Shown here: positions 17,403 through 29,926 of the stretch, in pieces
Layout of the letters: the number at the start of each line of letters is the position of its first letter
Position numbering within the stretch: position 1 is the stretch's first letter
Origin: Nitrospina sp. UBA6727
GTDB lineage: Bacteria; Nitrospinota; Nitrospinia; Nitrospinales; VA-1
DNA length: 64,000 nucleotides
Assembly: GCA_002454045.1 (NCBI GenBank)
Contig: DKID01000024.1
Coordinates: 2,283 to 66,282 of the forward strand
Direction: 5' to 3'
Notes under the pieces: model-generated
What the model was told of the DNA's origin: nothing
Databases searched by the model: none
Seen by the model: only the letters and a program-made list of their open reading frames with translations
Position numbers and translations under genes: made by a program

Positions 17403-18473
17403 TCAAGTCAACCGTGAAGTTTTATTTCTCAGCAGATGGTCGATGAGAATCAGGGCGACCATGGCCTCGGCGATGGGAACGGCTCTGGGGGCGACGCATG
17501 GGTCGTGGCGGCCCTCCACGCGGATTTTAGATTTTTCGCCTTTTTGGGTGACGGTTTCCTGCGCCTTGTTGATGGACGATGTCGGCTTCACAACTAGCCG
17601 AACCACAATGTCCATACCGTTGGAAATTCCGCCAAGAATCCCGCCGGCGTGATTGGTTCGCGTCGTCACCTTTTTGTTTTTCATAACGATGATGTCGTTC
17701 GACTCCGACCCGGTCATGGTGGCGGTTTGGAATCCCGCGCCGATTTCCACCCCCTTCACGGCGGGGATGCTCATGACGGCTTTCGCCAAGTCGGCGTCCA
17801 ACTTATCGAAGACCGGCTCGCCCAATCCGGCGGGCACTCCCTTGGCGACCACTTCGACGACGCCGCCGAGCGAGTCGCCGTTTTTGCGCGCTTGCATGAT
17901 TGCCGTCACCATTTTTTTTGCGGCTTGCGGATCCGGACAGCGCACGATATTTTTTTCTATTTCCTTGAAGTTCACGGTCGCCGCCGCGTGATTTCCGATT
18001 TGCCGAGTGAATCCGGTGATGACAATTTTGTCCCGCGCCAAAAGTTTTTTGGCGATGGCTCCGGCCGCAACTCTGCCGACGGTTTCCCGCGCGCTGGCAC
18101 GGCCGCCGCCGCGGTAATCCCGAAACCCATATTTCATGTCGTAACTATAATCCGCGTGACCGGGACGATACAGGTGTTTGATCGATTCATATTTTGAGGC
18201 GTCGGCGTCTTTGTTGTCCACCCACATGGAAATGGGTGTGCCTGTGGTTTTGCCTTTGAAAATGCCGGACGCAATTCGGATGTGGTCGCCTTCTTTGCGG
18301 GTGGTGGTGACTTTGCTTTGGCCAGTTCGGCGGCGGTCTAAATCTTTTTGAATGTCGGATTCTTTGAGAGGCAAACCCGCGGGGCATCCTTCCACCACCA
18401 CGCCGACGCCACTACCGTGAGATTCTCCCCAAGTGGTAATTTTGAAAAGTTTGCCTAAAGAACTGCCAGCCAT
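17403..18473 (-). CDS. aroC: chorismate synthase
   Basis: MAGSSLGKLFKITTWGESHG..RPGHADY..GRSSARETV-like motifs; 356 aa. Confidence 0.95.
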   Translation of the reverse strand: MAGSSLGKLFKITTWGESHGSGVGVVVEGCPAGLPLKESDIQKDLDRRRTGQSKVTTTRKEGDHIRIASGIFKGKTTGTPISMWVDNKDADASKYESIKHLYRPGHADYSYDMKYGFRDYRGGGRASARETVGRVAAGAIAKKLLARDKIVITGFTRQIGNHAAATVNFKEIEKNIVRCPDPQAAKKMVTAIMQARKNGDSLGGVVEVVAKGVPAGLGEPVFDKLDADLAKAVMSIPAVKGVEIGAGFQTATMTGSESNDIIVMKNKKVTTRTNHAGGILGGISNGMDIVVRLVVKPTSSINKAQETVTQKGEKSKIRVEGRHDPCVAPRAVPIAEAMVALILIDHLLRNKTSRLT

Positions 18474-18560
18474 AAGTTTGCGGGTCGAAGGGAACGAAAC
18501 GTCGTGATCGCGCCGTGGGGAATGGGATTGGTGATGATGTTATCTTTCGCAAACCGCGTT

Positions 18561-18860
18561 TCAGGATTTTTGCTCTTGCGTTTTTTTATCATCCACCATT
18601 TGTCGCAGGTCTTTGCCGGCTTTGAAAAAAGGTACTTTTTTGGAAGGGACCTCCACGTTCTGCCCCGATTTCGGATTGCGCCCAATTCGGGCGTTTCGTT
18701 GCCGAATTCTGAAACTGCCAAACCCGCGCAACTCAACTTTTTTTCCTTCCGCCAACGATTCGGTGATACTTGAAAACACGGTGTTCACCACAACCTCGGT
18801 CTGCTTTTTTGTCAGGTTGATTTGGGTGGCTACTTTTTCAACCAGTTCTGCTTTCGTCAC
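18561..18860 (-). CDS. ihfB: integration host factor beta-like (HU/IHF family) DNA-binding protein
   Basis: MTKAELVEKVA..VELRGFGSFRIRQRNARIGRNPKSGQNVEVPSKKVPFFKAGKDLR resembles E. coli IhfB (IEIRGFGSF..GRNPKTG..VPHFKPGKELR). It lies in the cmk-rpsA neighbourhood, as in E. coli. Confidence 0.8.
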   Translation of the reverse strand: MTKAELVEKVATQINLTKKQTEVVVNTVFSSITESLAEGKKVELRGFGSFRIRQRNARIGRNPKSGQNVEVPSKKVPFFKAGKDLRQMVDDKKTQEQKS

Positions 18861-18926
18861 TGAAAAGTTCCCCTTCCCCCGCGCCGGTCGGCGTTTTAAT
18901 TTTCTCTTGAGTAAATGATTTGGCGG

Positions 18927-18955
18927 AGTGTAGCACTGCGCCGAAGTTAAGTCAA
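18927..18955 (-). promoter_or_regulatory. candidate sigma-70 promoter for ihfB
   Basis: The minus strand reads TTGACT-N17-TACACT (-35 at 18955-18950, -10 at 18932-18927), about 65 nt upstream of the ihfB ATG. Confidence 0.45.
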
Positions 18956-19048
18956 GCCTAACATTTCAATGGGTTCACCCGTTTTCGTCGCGCGGTTTTT
19001 TTGTCACGAAAAATTTCTTTCGTCGCCGTTGCGGCGCGGATTATTTCG

Positions 19049-19957
19049 TCACGGAAACCATACATATTGAAGACGGGGAACGGATGACGGCGTTAAGGTT
19101 GCGGCGAACTTGCGGGAAAGTGAACTCTGGAGTAGCCAGTCGAGAAAGGGCAGTTTTTCTTTTTCTTCGATGATTTCGGGTTTGCCTTCGACGCCGATTT
19201 TTTTCGCCAGTAGTTCAATGGTTTTTTCGAGCCCGCCTGTTTCGTCGATTAATTTTAACGCCAGGGCTTGCTGACCCGTCATGATTCTGCCGTCGGCAAT
19301 CGCGCTGACTTCCGACACGGTGAGTCCGCGGCCTTTCGCGACGGCGTGAATAAATTGTTGGTGCACATCGTCCACGACATTTTGCAGTAGTTTTTGTTCT
19401 TCCGGTTTCATGGCGCGCAGGGGGGAGCCCACGTCTTTGTATTTGCCGCTCTTGATGACGACCGATGCGACGCCGATTTTTTTGGCTAGTTCCTCCACGT
19501 TGCTGAAAGCCATCACCGCCGCGATGCTCCCCGTCAAGGTGCCGGGATTTGCTAAAACGTAGTCGGCCGCGCAGGCGATGTAATACCCGCCCGATGCCGC
19601 GATGGCGCCCAGGGAAGCGTAAACCGTTTTATGCTCGGCGCGCAGTTTCATGACTTCGTCGTAAACTTCTTGCGCTGGGGCGACGGCACCGCCGGGGGAA
19701 TCGATGCGCAGGATGACGCCGCGCACTCCGGGATTCTGGCGGTAACTGGAAAGTTGGCGGACGATGTCGCGGGAATCGAGAAGCATTCCTTGAATGTGCA
19801 CCAAAGCGATTTCTCCGGACGGGGATTTCCAACGCTCTGGCAACAAGGCGGAACCGATGGTCAGCAGAATCATCAAGGCGACGAGCGCCGCCGAAAATCG
19901 TAGCAAGGATGCCAGGAAAGATTTTCGCGGCGGTTTACTTTGGGCGGCGGGTTCCAT
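19049..19957 (-). CDS. sppA: signal peptide peptidase SppA (36K type)
   Basis: N-terminal TM segment, ClpP/crotonase-like core, GAIAASGGYYIACAADYVLANPGTLTGSI and GKYKD motifs. Confidence 0.85.
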   Translation of the reverse strand: MEPAAQSKPPRKSFLASLLRFSAALVALMILLTIGSALLPERWKSPSGEIALVHIQGMLLDSRDIVRQLSSYRQNPGVRGVILRIDSPGGAVAPAQEVYDEVMKLRAEHKTVYASLGAIAASGGYYIACAADYVLANPGTLTGSIAAVMAFSNVEELAKKIGVASVVIKSGKYKDVGSPLRAMKPEEQKLLQNVVDDVHQQFIHAVAKGRGLTVSEVSAIADGRIMTGQQALALKLIDETGGLEKTIELLAKKIGVEGKPEIIEEKEKLPFLDWLLQSSLSRKFAATLTPSSVPRLQYVWFP

Positions 19958-19976
19958 GGTCGGGACTCCAGTGTTA

Positions 19977-20016
19977 TCGGCGCGGCGATGACGGCGGCAT
20001 CACGGCGGCGCGGTGG
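19977..20016. repeat. GACGG-rich patch (member 4)
   Basis: atcggcgcggcgatgacggcggcatcacggcggcgcggtgg, between the rpsA stop and the sppA start. Confidence 0.6.
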
Positions 20017-20018
20017 TT

Positions 20019-21722
20019 TTATTCTTCCTTCTTAATGTTTTCCAGTTTGGCTTGCTCTTTTTCGATCTGCGGGATGTTGAGATTTTCTTTGTAGGCTTTG
20101 ACGCTTAGCGCGATCTTTTTGTTGGTGGTGTCCACCTTAATCACTTTCGCTTTGATGGCGTCGTCCACCGCCACCGCAGATTCGGGGTCGGAAATCTTTT
20201 CTGAACTGAGTTGCGAAACGTGGATTAAGCCTTCCAGTCCGTCGCCAAATTCCGCGAACGCACCGAAACTGGTCACCTTGACGATCTTGCCGTTGACTTC
20301 GGTGCCGATAGGATAGTTGACCGCGATGTCGTCCCACGGGTCGGGTTGCAACTGTTTGATGCCGAGGGATATTCGGCAGTTATCCCTGTCGATGCTGAGC
20401 ACCGATGAGGTGATTCTATCTTTTTTCTTCACGACTTCGGAGGGGTGCTTGATTTTTTTCCAACTCAAATCGGAAATATGGATCAAACCATCCACGCCGT
20501 CTTCCAGTTCCACGAAGGCGCCGAAGTCGGTCAGGTTGCGGACCGTGCCTTCGACTTGGGAGCCGATGGGGTAGGTCTCTGCGATGTGCTCCCACGGGTT
20601 GGGCTTGATTTGTTTCATGCCGAGCGAAATCCGTTTTTTATCTTTGTCCAAAGTCAGGATGATGGCTTCCACTTCGTCCTCGATGGAAACCATTTTGCTC
20701 GGGTGTTTGACGTGGCGGCTCCAACTCATTTCGGAAATGTGAATCAATCCTTCGATGCCTCTTTCAAGTTCCACGAACACTCCGTAATCGGTGATGCTGA
20801 CCACCCTGCCTTTGATCCTAGTGTCGGCGGGATACTTGCTGTCGGCATCCACCCACGGGTCGGGGCTTGCTTGCTTGAGACCCAACGAGACGCGCTCCTT
20901 CTCCTTGTCGTATTTGAGAACCATGACGGTGACTTTGTCGCCGATGGAAAACATTTCGGAAGGATGGTTGACTCGTCCCCACGACATGTCGGTGATGTGG
21001 AGCAGACCATCGATTCCGCCAAGGTCGATGAACACTCCGTACTCGGTGATGTTTTTGACGATGCCCTCGATGAGGCTGCCTTCGCTTATTTGTTCGAGGG
21101 TGCCTTCGCGTAATTGTTTGCGCTGCTCTTCCAAAAGAATCCGCCGCGACAGAACGATGTTGCCGCGCTTTTTGTTCATCTTGATAATCTTCATTTCGAA
21201 TTCTTCGCCGATTAGTTTTTCGAGATTGCGCGTCGGACGTAAATCAATTTGGGAACCCGGCAGGAAGGCTCTGAGTCCTATATCAACGGTCAGCCCGCCT
21301 TTGGCTTTGGAGACCACCGCGCCCGAAATGATTTCGCCCGCATCATAAACTTTGACGAGTTCGTCCCAGATTTTAATCTTGTTGGCTTTCTCTTTGGACA
21401 AGACGACATTGCCGTGGTTGTCTTCCACTTTTTCGAGATAGACCTCCACCTCATCTGCAACTTGCAAGTTCTTGCCGCCTTCGGGAAATTCGGAAAGCGC
21501 GACCAGTCCCTCCGATTTGAAACCCACATCGATGGTGGCGAGTCCACTGGAAATGGCGATCACCTTGCCGGTGATAATCTGCGAAGCCTTGAACCGACCG
21601 AGGCTGTCGTCAAAATAACTTTCCATTTCTTTGTAGGCCGCAACCTGGTCGGGAGTCAATTCTTCCATCTCCGCCTTCTCATCATTTTCCATCTGCTCTA
21701 ACAACTCTTTGGATATTTTCAT
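20019..21722 (-). CDS. rpsA: 30S ribosomal protein S1
   Basis: Six S1/OB repeats (e.g. GKVIAISSGLATIDVG, GIVKNITEYGVFIDLGGIDGLLHITDMSW); 567 aa. Confidence 0.95.
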   Translation of the reverse strand: MKISKELLEQMENDEKAEMEELTPDQVAAYKEMESYFDDSLGRFKASQIITGKVIAISSGLATIDVGFKSEGLVALSEFPEGGKNLQVADEVEVYLEKVEDNHGNVVLSKEKANKIKIWDELVKVYDAGEIISGAVVSKAKGGLTVDIGLRAFLPGSQIDLRPTRNLEKLIGEEFEMKIIKMNKKRGNIVLSRRILLEEQRKQLREGTLEQISEGSLIEGIVKNITEYGVFIDLGGIDGLLHITDMSWGRVNHPSEMFSIGDKVTVMVLKYDKEKERVSLGLKQASPDPWVDADSKYPADTRIKGRVVSITDYGVFVELERGIEGLIHISEMSWSRHVKHPSKMVSIEDEVEAIILTLDKDKKRISLGMKQIKPNPWEHIAETYPIGSQVEGTVRNLTDFGAFVELEDGVDGLIHISDLSWKKIKHPSEVVKKKDRITSSVLSIDRDNCRISLGIKQLQPDPWDDIAVNYPIGTEVNGKIVKVTSFGAFAEFGDGLEGLIHVSQLSSEKISDPESAVAVDDAIKAKVIKVDTTNKKIALSVKAYKENLNIPQIEKEQAKLENIKKEE

Positions 21723-22423
21723 AACCTGCTGATTCTCACTTTCTTTTTGGTTGTGTCAAGGTTGTTGATATTTTTCAAAACATACTCGGCGACTTCTTCG
21801 ATGCTCAACCGAGTGGTGTTGACTTTCACCGCGTCGTCCGCCATGACCAGCGGGGAAATTTTTCGCCGCCGATCTTCGCCGTCGCGTTGCCGAATTTCCT
21901 GAATCATCCCTTGCAAATCCAAACTCAGATTTTTAGATTTCAATTCCTCATAACGCCGCCGTCCCCGTTCTTCCGCATCGGCGACGAAAAAGAATTTTTT
22001 CTCGGCGTGGGGGAAAACCACCGTCCCGATATCCCGTCCATCCATAACCACGTTCCCCGCCTTGCCGATTTGGCGTTGCTTGGCAACCAGAATCTCGCGA
22101 ACGGATTTCTGCGCGGCGACCACGGCGGCGCCTTTGCCCACCGTTTCATTTTTTAGACGGAGGGTTGCGTCTTCCCCGCGCACTCGCACCGAATATCCAT
22201 CGCCGCCGTCACCACCGCCGCGAACAAACTCAATGTCCATGTCGCGAGCAATCTCCGCCATCGCTGTTTCGTCGGCGAGACGCAAACCTTTTTTCTGCGC
22301 GGTCCAAGCCACGGTGCGATACATGGCGCCGGTGTCAATGTATCGATAGTTCAGCCGCGTGGCGACCAACTTGGCGACCGTGCTTTTTCCACTGCCGGCG
22401 GGTCCGTCTATCGCGATAATCAT
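21719..22423 (-). CDS. cmk: cytidylate kinase
   Basis: MIIAIDGPAGSGKSTVAKLVA..YIDTGAMYR. The stop overlaps the rpsA start (ATGA). Confidence 0.9.
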   Translation of the reverse strand: MIIAIDGPAGSGKSTVAKLVATRLNYRYIDTGAMYRTVAWTAQKKGLRLADETAMAEIARDMDIEFVRGGGDGGDGYSVRVRGEDATLRLKNETVGKGAAVVAAQKSVREILVAKQRQIGKAGNVVMDGRDIGTVVFPHAEKKFFFVADAEERGRRRYEELKSKNLSLDLQGMIQEIRQRDGEDRRRKISPLVMADDAVKVNTTRLSIEEVAEYVLKNINNLDTTKKKVRISRL

Positions 22424-22427
22424 TCCT

Positions 22428-23291
22428 TTAAATTACGTTACACCGATATTTGTTCGCGACCATAAATTCTTTTTCCAGCGCTTGCCCGTCTTTCTTTTCG
22501 ATGGTGCCGCGGATTTTCTCCAACTTGCCTTGGAACTGGTGGATCATGTCCAACAAATGGTCGCGGTTGGAAAGACAGATGTCCCGCCACATCACCGGGT
22601 CGCTGGAGGCAATCCTCGTGATGTCTTTTAGCCCAGCACCGGAAAAGGCAGTGACGGTGCGGTCTTCCTGCGTTCTCAACGCGCCGAGCGTGTTCATCAA
22701 AGCGTAAACGATGATGTGGGGCAAATGGCTCACCGCGCCAAAAACGAAATCGTGTTCTTCCGCGGATAGGTTGACGACTTCCATCCCCACCGCCTGCCAA
22801 AGCGCGCTGATTTTTTCTAACGCTTCGGCGTCGGTTTTTTCGCTCGGGGTGACGATACATTTTGCGCCTTGATATAAGTTGGCGGCGGAAGCTTCTAGCC
22901 CGGAATTTTCGCCGCCGGCGATCGGGTGCGACCCGACGAAAAAAACGCCGGCGGGAACCAATTTTTCCGCCGCCGCGACGACTGGTACTTTCACCGAACC
23001 AACATCGGTGATCAAGGCGCCGGGTCGGATTTCCGCCAGCATTTTTTGAAGTAGCGGGACGATGGTGGCGACCGGCGTGCAGAGCACGATCAGTTGCGCG
23101 TCTTTCACCGCCGCCGCCAAATCCGTGTGGTAATCATCGATGATCTTCAGCGCCCGGGCTTTTTCCAAGTTGTCACGATTTCTTCCGCACCCCGTAATCT
23201 TTTCCACCAAGCCGCGTTCTTTGCAAGCCTTCGCCAAAGAAGCCCCGAGCAATCCGACGCCGACGATGGTCATTTTTCCAAAATGCGTCAT
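22428..23291 (-). CDS. tyrA: prephenate dehydrogenase
   Basis: Rossmann fold MTIVGVGLLGASLA, with GSHPIAG and ..HD..FGAVSHLPH motifs. The start overlaps the pheA stop (ATGA). Confidence 0.85.
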   Translation of the reverse strand: MTHFGKMTIVGVGLLGASLAKACKERGLVEKITGCGRNRDNLEKARALKIIDDYHTDLAAAVKDAQLIVLCTPVATIVPLLQKMLAEIRPGALITDVGSVKVPVVAAAEKLVPAGVFFVGSHPIAGGENSGLEASAANLYQGAKCIVTPSEKTDAEALEKISALWQAVGMEVVNLSAEEHDFVFGAVSHLPHIIVYALMNTLGALRTQEDRTVTAFSGAGLKDITRIASSDPVMWRDICLSNRDHLLDMIHQFQGKLEKIRGTIEKKDGQALEKEFMVANKYRCNVI

Positions 23292-24400
23292 GGTTGTTCC
23301 TCGCCGGGATAGGAGCCTAGCACCCGCAAGAACAGGGCTTGTTTGCCCAATGCTTTCAAGACGCGCTCGACCGCTTTGTCTTCCACGTGACCGGTGAAGT
23401 CAACGTAGAATAAATATTCCCAGGGCCGATTGCGTAGCGGGCGCGATTGTATTTTCGATAAATTGATTTTGTTGCGGGCGAAGAGTTGCAGGGTTTTGAG
23501 CAAGGACCCGGATTCGTCCGCGATGGAAAACATGACGGAGGTTTTATTCTTGCCGGCTCTTTTCGCTTTGTCTTTCGAAATGATTAGAAACCGCGTGTGA
23601 TTTTCGGCGTGGTCTTGAATATTTTTTGCGACGATTTTTAATCCGTAAACTTCGGAGGCTAGTTCCCCGGCGATGGCGGCGGTGTTTTTATTTTGCTTGG
23701 CGAACTGCGCCGCCTGCGCGGTGCTGGAGGCGGGGGCTTGTTCAACGCTTGGCAGGTTGCGGTTTAGCCAACTTCTGCATTGCGCCAAAGGCTGGGGATG
23801 CGAATAGATTTTGCGTATCTTTTTTCGGTCTGTCGCGCTGGATAAAAGGAACAGTCCGACGGGGAGCCGCATCTCATTGCAAATATGAAGTGGTGAATCG
23901 ACGAAACAATCTAAGGTTAGGTTGATAACTCCTTCGATGGAATTTTCCACTGGCACGATTCCATAATCGGAGTTGCCCAACTCGACTTCCGAAAAAACGG
24001 TTTCAATGTTTCCGCAAGGATTGAAGGTACAGGAGTGGCCAAAATGCCGCACCGCCGCTTGGTGACTGAACGTGGTCGCCGGTCCCAAAAAAGCAATCTT
24101 CAACGGCTTTTCCAAAGCCAGCGTGGCGGAGAACAATTCGCGGAAAATAAATTCGACGGCGGCGGCGGGGAAGGGACCTTTGTTCTTGTTCCTCAGCCGC
24201 TCGAGGATAGCCCGCTCGCGGTGGGGAACGTGGTAATGGTTTTTCTCGTGGCGGGATTTCTCATCGCCAATCTTGCGCGCCAACTGACCGCGGCGGCTAA
24301 TCAACTTCAACAGTTGGTCATCAATTTTGTCAATCTGCTGACGCAAATCATCTAGTTGGGACAAAGAAACGGACACCACCTTTACTGGGATTTCCCACAA
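23288..24400 (-). CDS. pheA: bifunctional chorismate mutase / prephenate dehydratase (P-protein)
   Basis: N-terminal CM domain (LDDLRQQIDKIDDQLLKLISRR), PDT domain (IAFLGPATTFSHQAA, TRF) and a C-terminal ACT domain (ESGSLLKTLQLFA..NLSKIQSRP). Confidence 0.9.
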   Translation of the reverse strand: MWEIPVKVVSVSLSQLDDLRQQIDKIDDQLLKLISRRGQLARKIGDEKSRHEKNHYHVPHRERAILERLRNKNKGPFPAAAVEFIFRELFSATLALEKPLKIAFLGPATTFSHQAAVRHFGHSCTFNPCGNIETVFSEVELGNSDYGIVPVENSIEGVINLTLDCFVDSPLHICNEMRLPVGLFLLSSATDRKKIRKIYSHPQPLAQCRSWLNRNLPSVEQAPASSTAQAAQFAKQNKNTAAIAGELASEVYGLKIVAKNIQDHAENHTRFLIISKDKAKRAGKNKTSVMFSIADESGSLLKTLQLFARNKINLSKIQSRPLRNRPWEYLFYVDFTGHVEDKAVERVLKALGKQALFLRVLGSYPGEEQP

Positions 24401-24460
24401 TCGTCTACCGGGATGCCCGATGATTCCATAGTTCGGTCGCGAAATGCAAGCAAAATTTAT

Positions 24461-24513
24461 CGGCGGCGACGCGGCGGTGACGGTGGTGGCGGGATGACGA
24501 CGGCGACCGCGGC
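24461..24513. repeat. GACGG-rich patch (member 5)
   Basis: cggcggcgacgcggcggtgacggtggtggcgggatgacgacggcgaccgcggc, between the glnD stop and the pheA start. Confidence 0.65.
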
Positions 24514-24523
24514 AACTTTGTGT

Positions 24524-27229
24524 TTACGGGATGTCTTCCAGTTTTTCGATCGTCAAAGTTTGGAGCATTTGTTTCTTCAAGTTGCGAAAAACTTTGTTGA
24601 AGTCGAGGCGCGGATTTCGCGGCGACACATAAAAAACGTCGATCGCGCGGTCTCCCTGAACGGAAATTTTCGCCCGATGAATCCGAATCCCGAAATCCAC
24701 AAAGACCGTGGAAACTTTGTAGAGCATGCCGATATGGTCGCGGGCTTCAACTCTGATTACGGTGAATGGATTGTCCCGCGTTTTTTCGACGCGCACCTTG
24801 GGGGTGATGGCCATCTTTTTCGGTGCGCCCGCGTATCGGGTTCGAGATTTCAACAGGTCGTGCAAACTGGTCTCTTCGGAAAATAGTTGGCTCAAAATAT
24901 TTTTAATATTTTTCCAGATGGCAAAGTCGGCGGCGACGATGGCGTCTGCTTCAATCTGAATGGAGACGATCACCATTCCGTCTTGTTTGAGATAGAAATG
25001 CGCGCCAAGGATGTTCAGGTTTTTGGCGGTGACGGTGCCGACCAGTTTTTTGAAAGCCTCGTTGCCGGTGGGACAACAAAGCGTCAGGTTGTGGAAGTCC
25101 CCTTCGTCGTGGAACTGGTGATGCAAAATAAATCGTTTGTCTTTAAAAGAGCGGAGGAGGCGGATGTGAAGTGCCACCTCTTCGGAAGAGGCGGTCATCA
25201 AATAATCTTCGGGCATTTGGCGCAGATGTTCTTCGATGTCGTTCACGGGAAGTTCCCGATGCAAGGCTTTGAAAACTCCGACACGGGTGGCGCGGGGTTG
25301 TTGCTCCAGGGATTCCGGATTTTCCAGATACCGCAGAGTTCTTTCATATAATTCGGAAAGCAATATTTTTTTCCACGCGGTCATGGTTCCCGGAGCCACC
25401 GCCCGCAACTCGGCGTAACTGAGCAGGTATAATCCCTGCAACCGTTGCGGATTTTCGACCGTGTTGCCAAACTGCTGGATAACCCCGGACTGGTGAATGT
25501 CCCGATGCAACGCCGTGTCGATTAGGGTGTAAGAATTATCGAGAAAAAATTGCAGGGTTCGTGCATCCGCCTCTTCCAGGTTCAGCCGTTCTTTGAGGGA
25601 CTGCAAAAATTTCTGGCGTCCCATTTCGTCGTCGGATACTTTTCGCACCGATTGAAGTAGCGCCGACAATTTCAGAATTCCTTTTCCACGGTAGTCGCAA
25701 TATAAAACGCGCAGGTCTGTGGGATTGGTGATGTTGGTCGCGGCGGTTAGTTCATCCAAAAAACGGATGACGCGCAGGGAATGTTCGTCGGCGGTGTAAT
25801 GGTGATAGAAGTCGTGATTCACTTTGCAATGCACGAGGCCGAACTCTGGCAAGATTTGTTCGAGGATGCGGGTGTCGTGCATCAGTCGCAAAATTTTTTC
25901 CGCGGCGGCGTCGTCCAAAATGGAAAATAGGAAATCCCTAATCTCCTTGCCCCGCATGCCCCGCGCGGATTGCGCACGGACGAAGTTTTTGTTCAATCGC
26001 ATTTGCCGACGAAGTTTGTAATCTGGCATGACCTGATGTTTTCTGCAAAGTTCCAACGCCGTCAATAAAAGCGATTTGTCTTCTTTGAAATCCCCCTTCG
26101 CGTCGCCGTTGTAAATCAGGGAGGAATCTGAAATATGGAATCCATGTCCCACGGATTTTTTGGTCAACGAGGAAATTACTTTCTTAAGAGACTTTTTGGA
26201 TTGTCGGCAATGCTCGAAAAGGTTTTGGGAAAAATTATGAATGTTGGTGGCGTGCAAATAATAATCGCGCATGAACTCTTCAACGGGTTGACCAGCGGCG
26301 GAAGATCGGTATCCCAAGTTGACCGCCAGTTTTTTCTGGATGTCGAAAGCCAGAACATCGGTTTTTTTCTTGGCGAGATAATGCAGTTCGTTGCGGACGC
26401 GCAGTGAAAAATCAACCGAATGGTAGAGCGACTCGATTTCCGGCTGGGACAAAACATGGGGCGCATCAATTTCACGAAGCGAGTGACATCCGTAGCGGAC
26501 GGCGGTGGCCCAAAGGGCGTTGTGGTAATCCCGCAATCCCCCTGGCCCGTTTTTAATATCCGGCTCGGGGTGACAAACTACTCCATCGTCCTGACCGTGC
26601 CGAGTGTATTTTTCTTTCAACTTAGAGTTCAGAAACTGTTTCACATTTTTTTGTAAAACATTTTTGTGGACCGCGTTATAAAACTTTTCATAAGTGCCAC
26701 GGTTGCCGACGAGAAACCGGATTTCAATCATAGAAGTTTTGATGGTCAAATCCTCGCGTGCCAGTTTTACGCAGTCTTTAATCGTCCGAGAACTGTGGCC
26801 GATTTCCATGTCAAATTCCCAAAGCACCGACAGCACGTCCTTGATAAAAGTTTTCGTTAGACGCCGCGGTTTTTCGGGAAGAAGAAACAATAAGTCAATA
26901 TCGGAAAACGGATTGAGTTCCCCCCGACCATAGCCGCCGACCGCGACGAGAGAGAAGTCTGCCAAGACATCGGCCCCCGCGTAAATCTCAAGCCGCGCCA
27001 TGGAAAGCAGGACATGCTGAATGACCTCATCGACCAGGCTGGTGTGCGCTTGGATGATTTCGCGGCCGCCGATTCCTGAACGATGCCACCTTTTGATCTT
27101 CGCTTTTTCCTTGCGTAATAATTTTTTGAACGCCTGGAAATAGGGCAGTCTTCGTCGCGGGTCAGGCGGAATATTCTTCATCTGGTCGAAGTCAACCGTC
27201 AACCGATATGCATGTTCCGAAATATCCAT
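24524..27229 (-). CDS. glnD: [protein-PII] uridylyltransferase / uridylyl-removing enzyme
   Basis: Nucleotidyltransferase motif VAVGGYGRGELNPFSDIDLLFL, an HD domain (YHHYTADEHS) and two C-terminal ACT-like domains; 901 aa. Confidence 0.9.
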   Translation of the reverse strand: MDISEHAYRLTVDFDQMKNIPPDPRRRLPYFQAFKKLLRKEKAKIKRWHRSGIGGREIIQAHTSLVDEVIQHVLLSMARLEIYAGADVLADFSLVAVGGYGRGELNPFSDIDLLFLLPEKPRRLTKTFIKDVLSVLWEFDMEIGHSSRTIKDCVKLAREDLTIKTSMIEIRFLVGNRGTYEKFYNAVHKNVLQKNVKQFLNSKLKEKYTRHGQDDGVVCHPEPDIKNGPGGLRDYHNALWATAVRYGCHSLREIDAPHVLSQPEIESLYHSVDFSLRVRNELHYLAKKKTDVLAFDIQKKLAVNLGYRSSAAGQPVEEFMRDYYLHATNIHNFSQNLFEHCRQSKKSLKKVISSLTKKSVGHGFHISDSSLIYNGDAKGDFKEDKSLLLTALELCRKHQVMPDYKLRRQMRLNKNFVRAQSARGMRGKEIRDFLFSILDDAAAEKILRLMHDTRILEQILPEFGLVHCKVNHDFYHHYTADEHSLRVIRFLDELTAATNITNPTDLRVLYCDYRGKGILKLSALLQSVRKVSDDEMGRQKFLQSLKERLNLEEADARTLQFFLDNSYTLIDTALHRDIHQSGVIQQFGNTVENPQRLQGLYLLSYAELRAVAPGTMTAWKKILLSELYERTLRYLENPESLEQQPRATRVGVFKALHRELPVNDIEEHLRQMPEDYLMTASSEEVALHIRLLRSFKDKRFILHHQFHDEGDFHNLTLCCPTGNEAFKKLVGTVTAKNLNILGAHFYLKQDGMVIVSIQIEADAIVAADFAIWKNIKNILSQLFSEETSLHDLLKSRTRYAGAPKKMAITPKVRVEKTRDNPFTVIRVEARDHIGMLYKVSTVFVDFGIRIHRAKISVQGDRAIDVFYVSPRNPRLDFNKVFRNLKKQMLQTLTIEKLEDIP

Positions 27230-27550
27230 AGGGGAAAATCAGCGGGGGGAAATTTATTTGAAAAGCATAAAATGATTATCGCATATTTCAAACTTTGTTC
27301 GTTCCCACTTTTATGCGTGAAGGTTCTCGACGAAGATTACCCGAATTGTTTTTTCGGTGTCCGTCGCGATTCATCCCGCCGATGTTTTTGCGGAGAGTCG
27401 CCCAGCCAAAATTGCTTGACAAGAAGGAGGGAATAATTTAGCTTACCCGCTCTTCTAAAAGACATCAGGCATCGCGGTTTTCCGTCACTTCCGCCACTTG
27501 CGATTTGATTATTTTCGCAATTCGTAATTTCGCTAAACTTAATTTTGCAT

Positions 27551-27595
27551 CGCGGCGATACACGGTGACGGTGTTGACGATGACGACGGCGACGA
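27551..27595. repeat. GACGG-rich patch (member 6)
   Basis: cgcggcgatacacggtgacggtgttgacgatgacgacggcgacga, in the glnD-icd divergent intergenic region. Confidence 0.6.
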
Positions 27596-27639
27596 AGGAT
27601 GAGGACTTGCGCGTCGCCTGAAAGAAAACTTTATATTGA

Positions 27640-29886
<2,247 letters not shown>

Positions 29887-29926
29887 CCTCGGGGAGAACC
29901 CCCGCGGGAAAATTGCGAGGACCACT

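Noticed and set aside
20445-21113. 222-aa ORF on the plus strand
   Set aside because: It is antisense to rpsA. The periodic S1-repeat DNA generates long shadow frames.
27212-27436. 74-aa ORF in the glnD-icd divergent region
   Set aside because: It has no SD, overlaps the glnD start, and is Cys/Arg-rich with no features. It is more likely promoter DNA.
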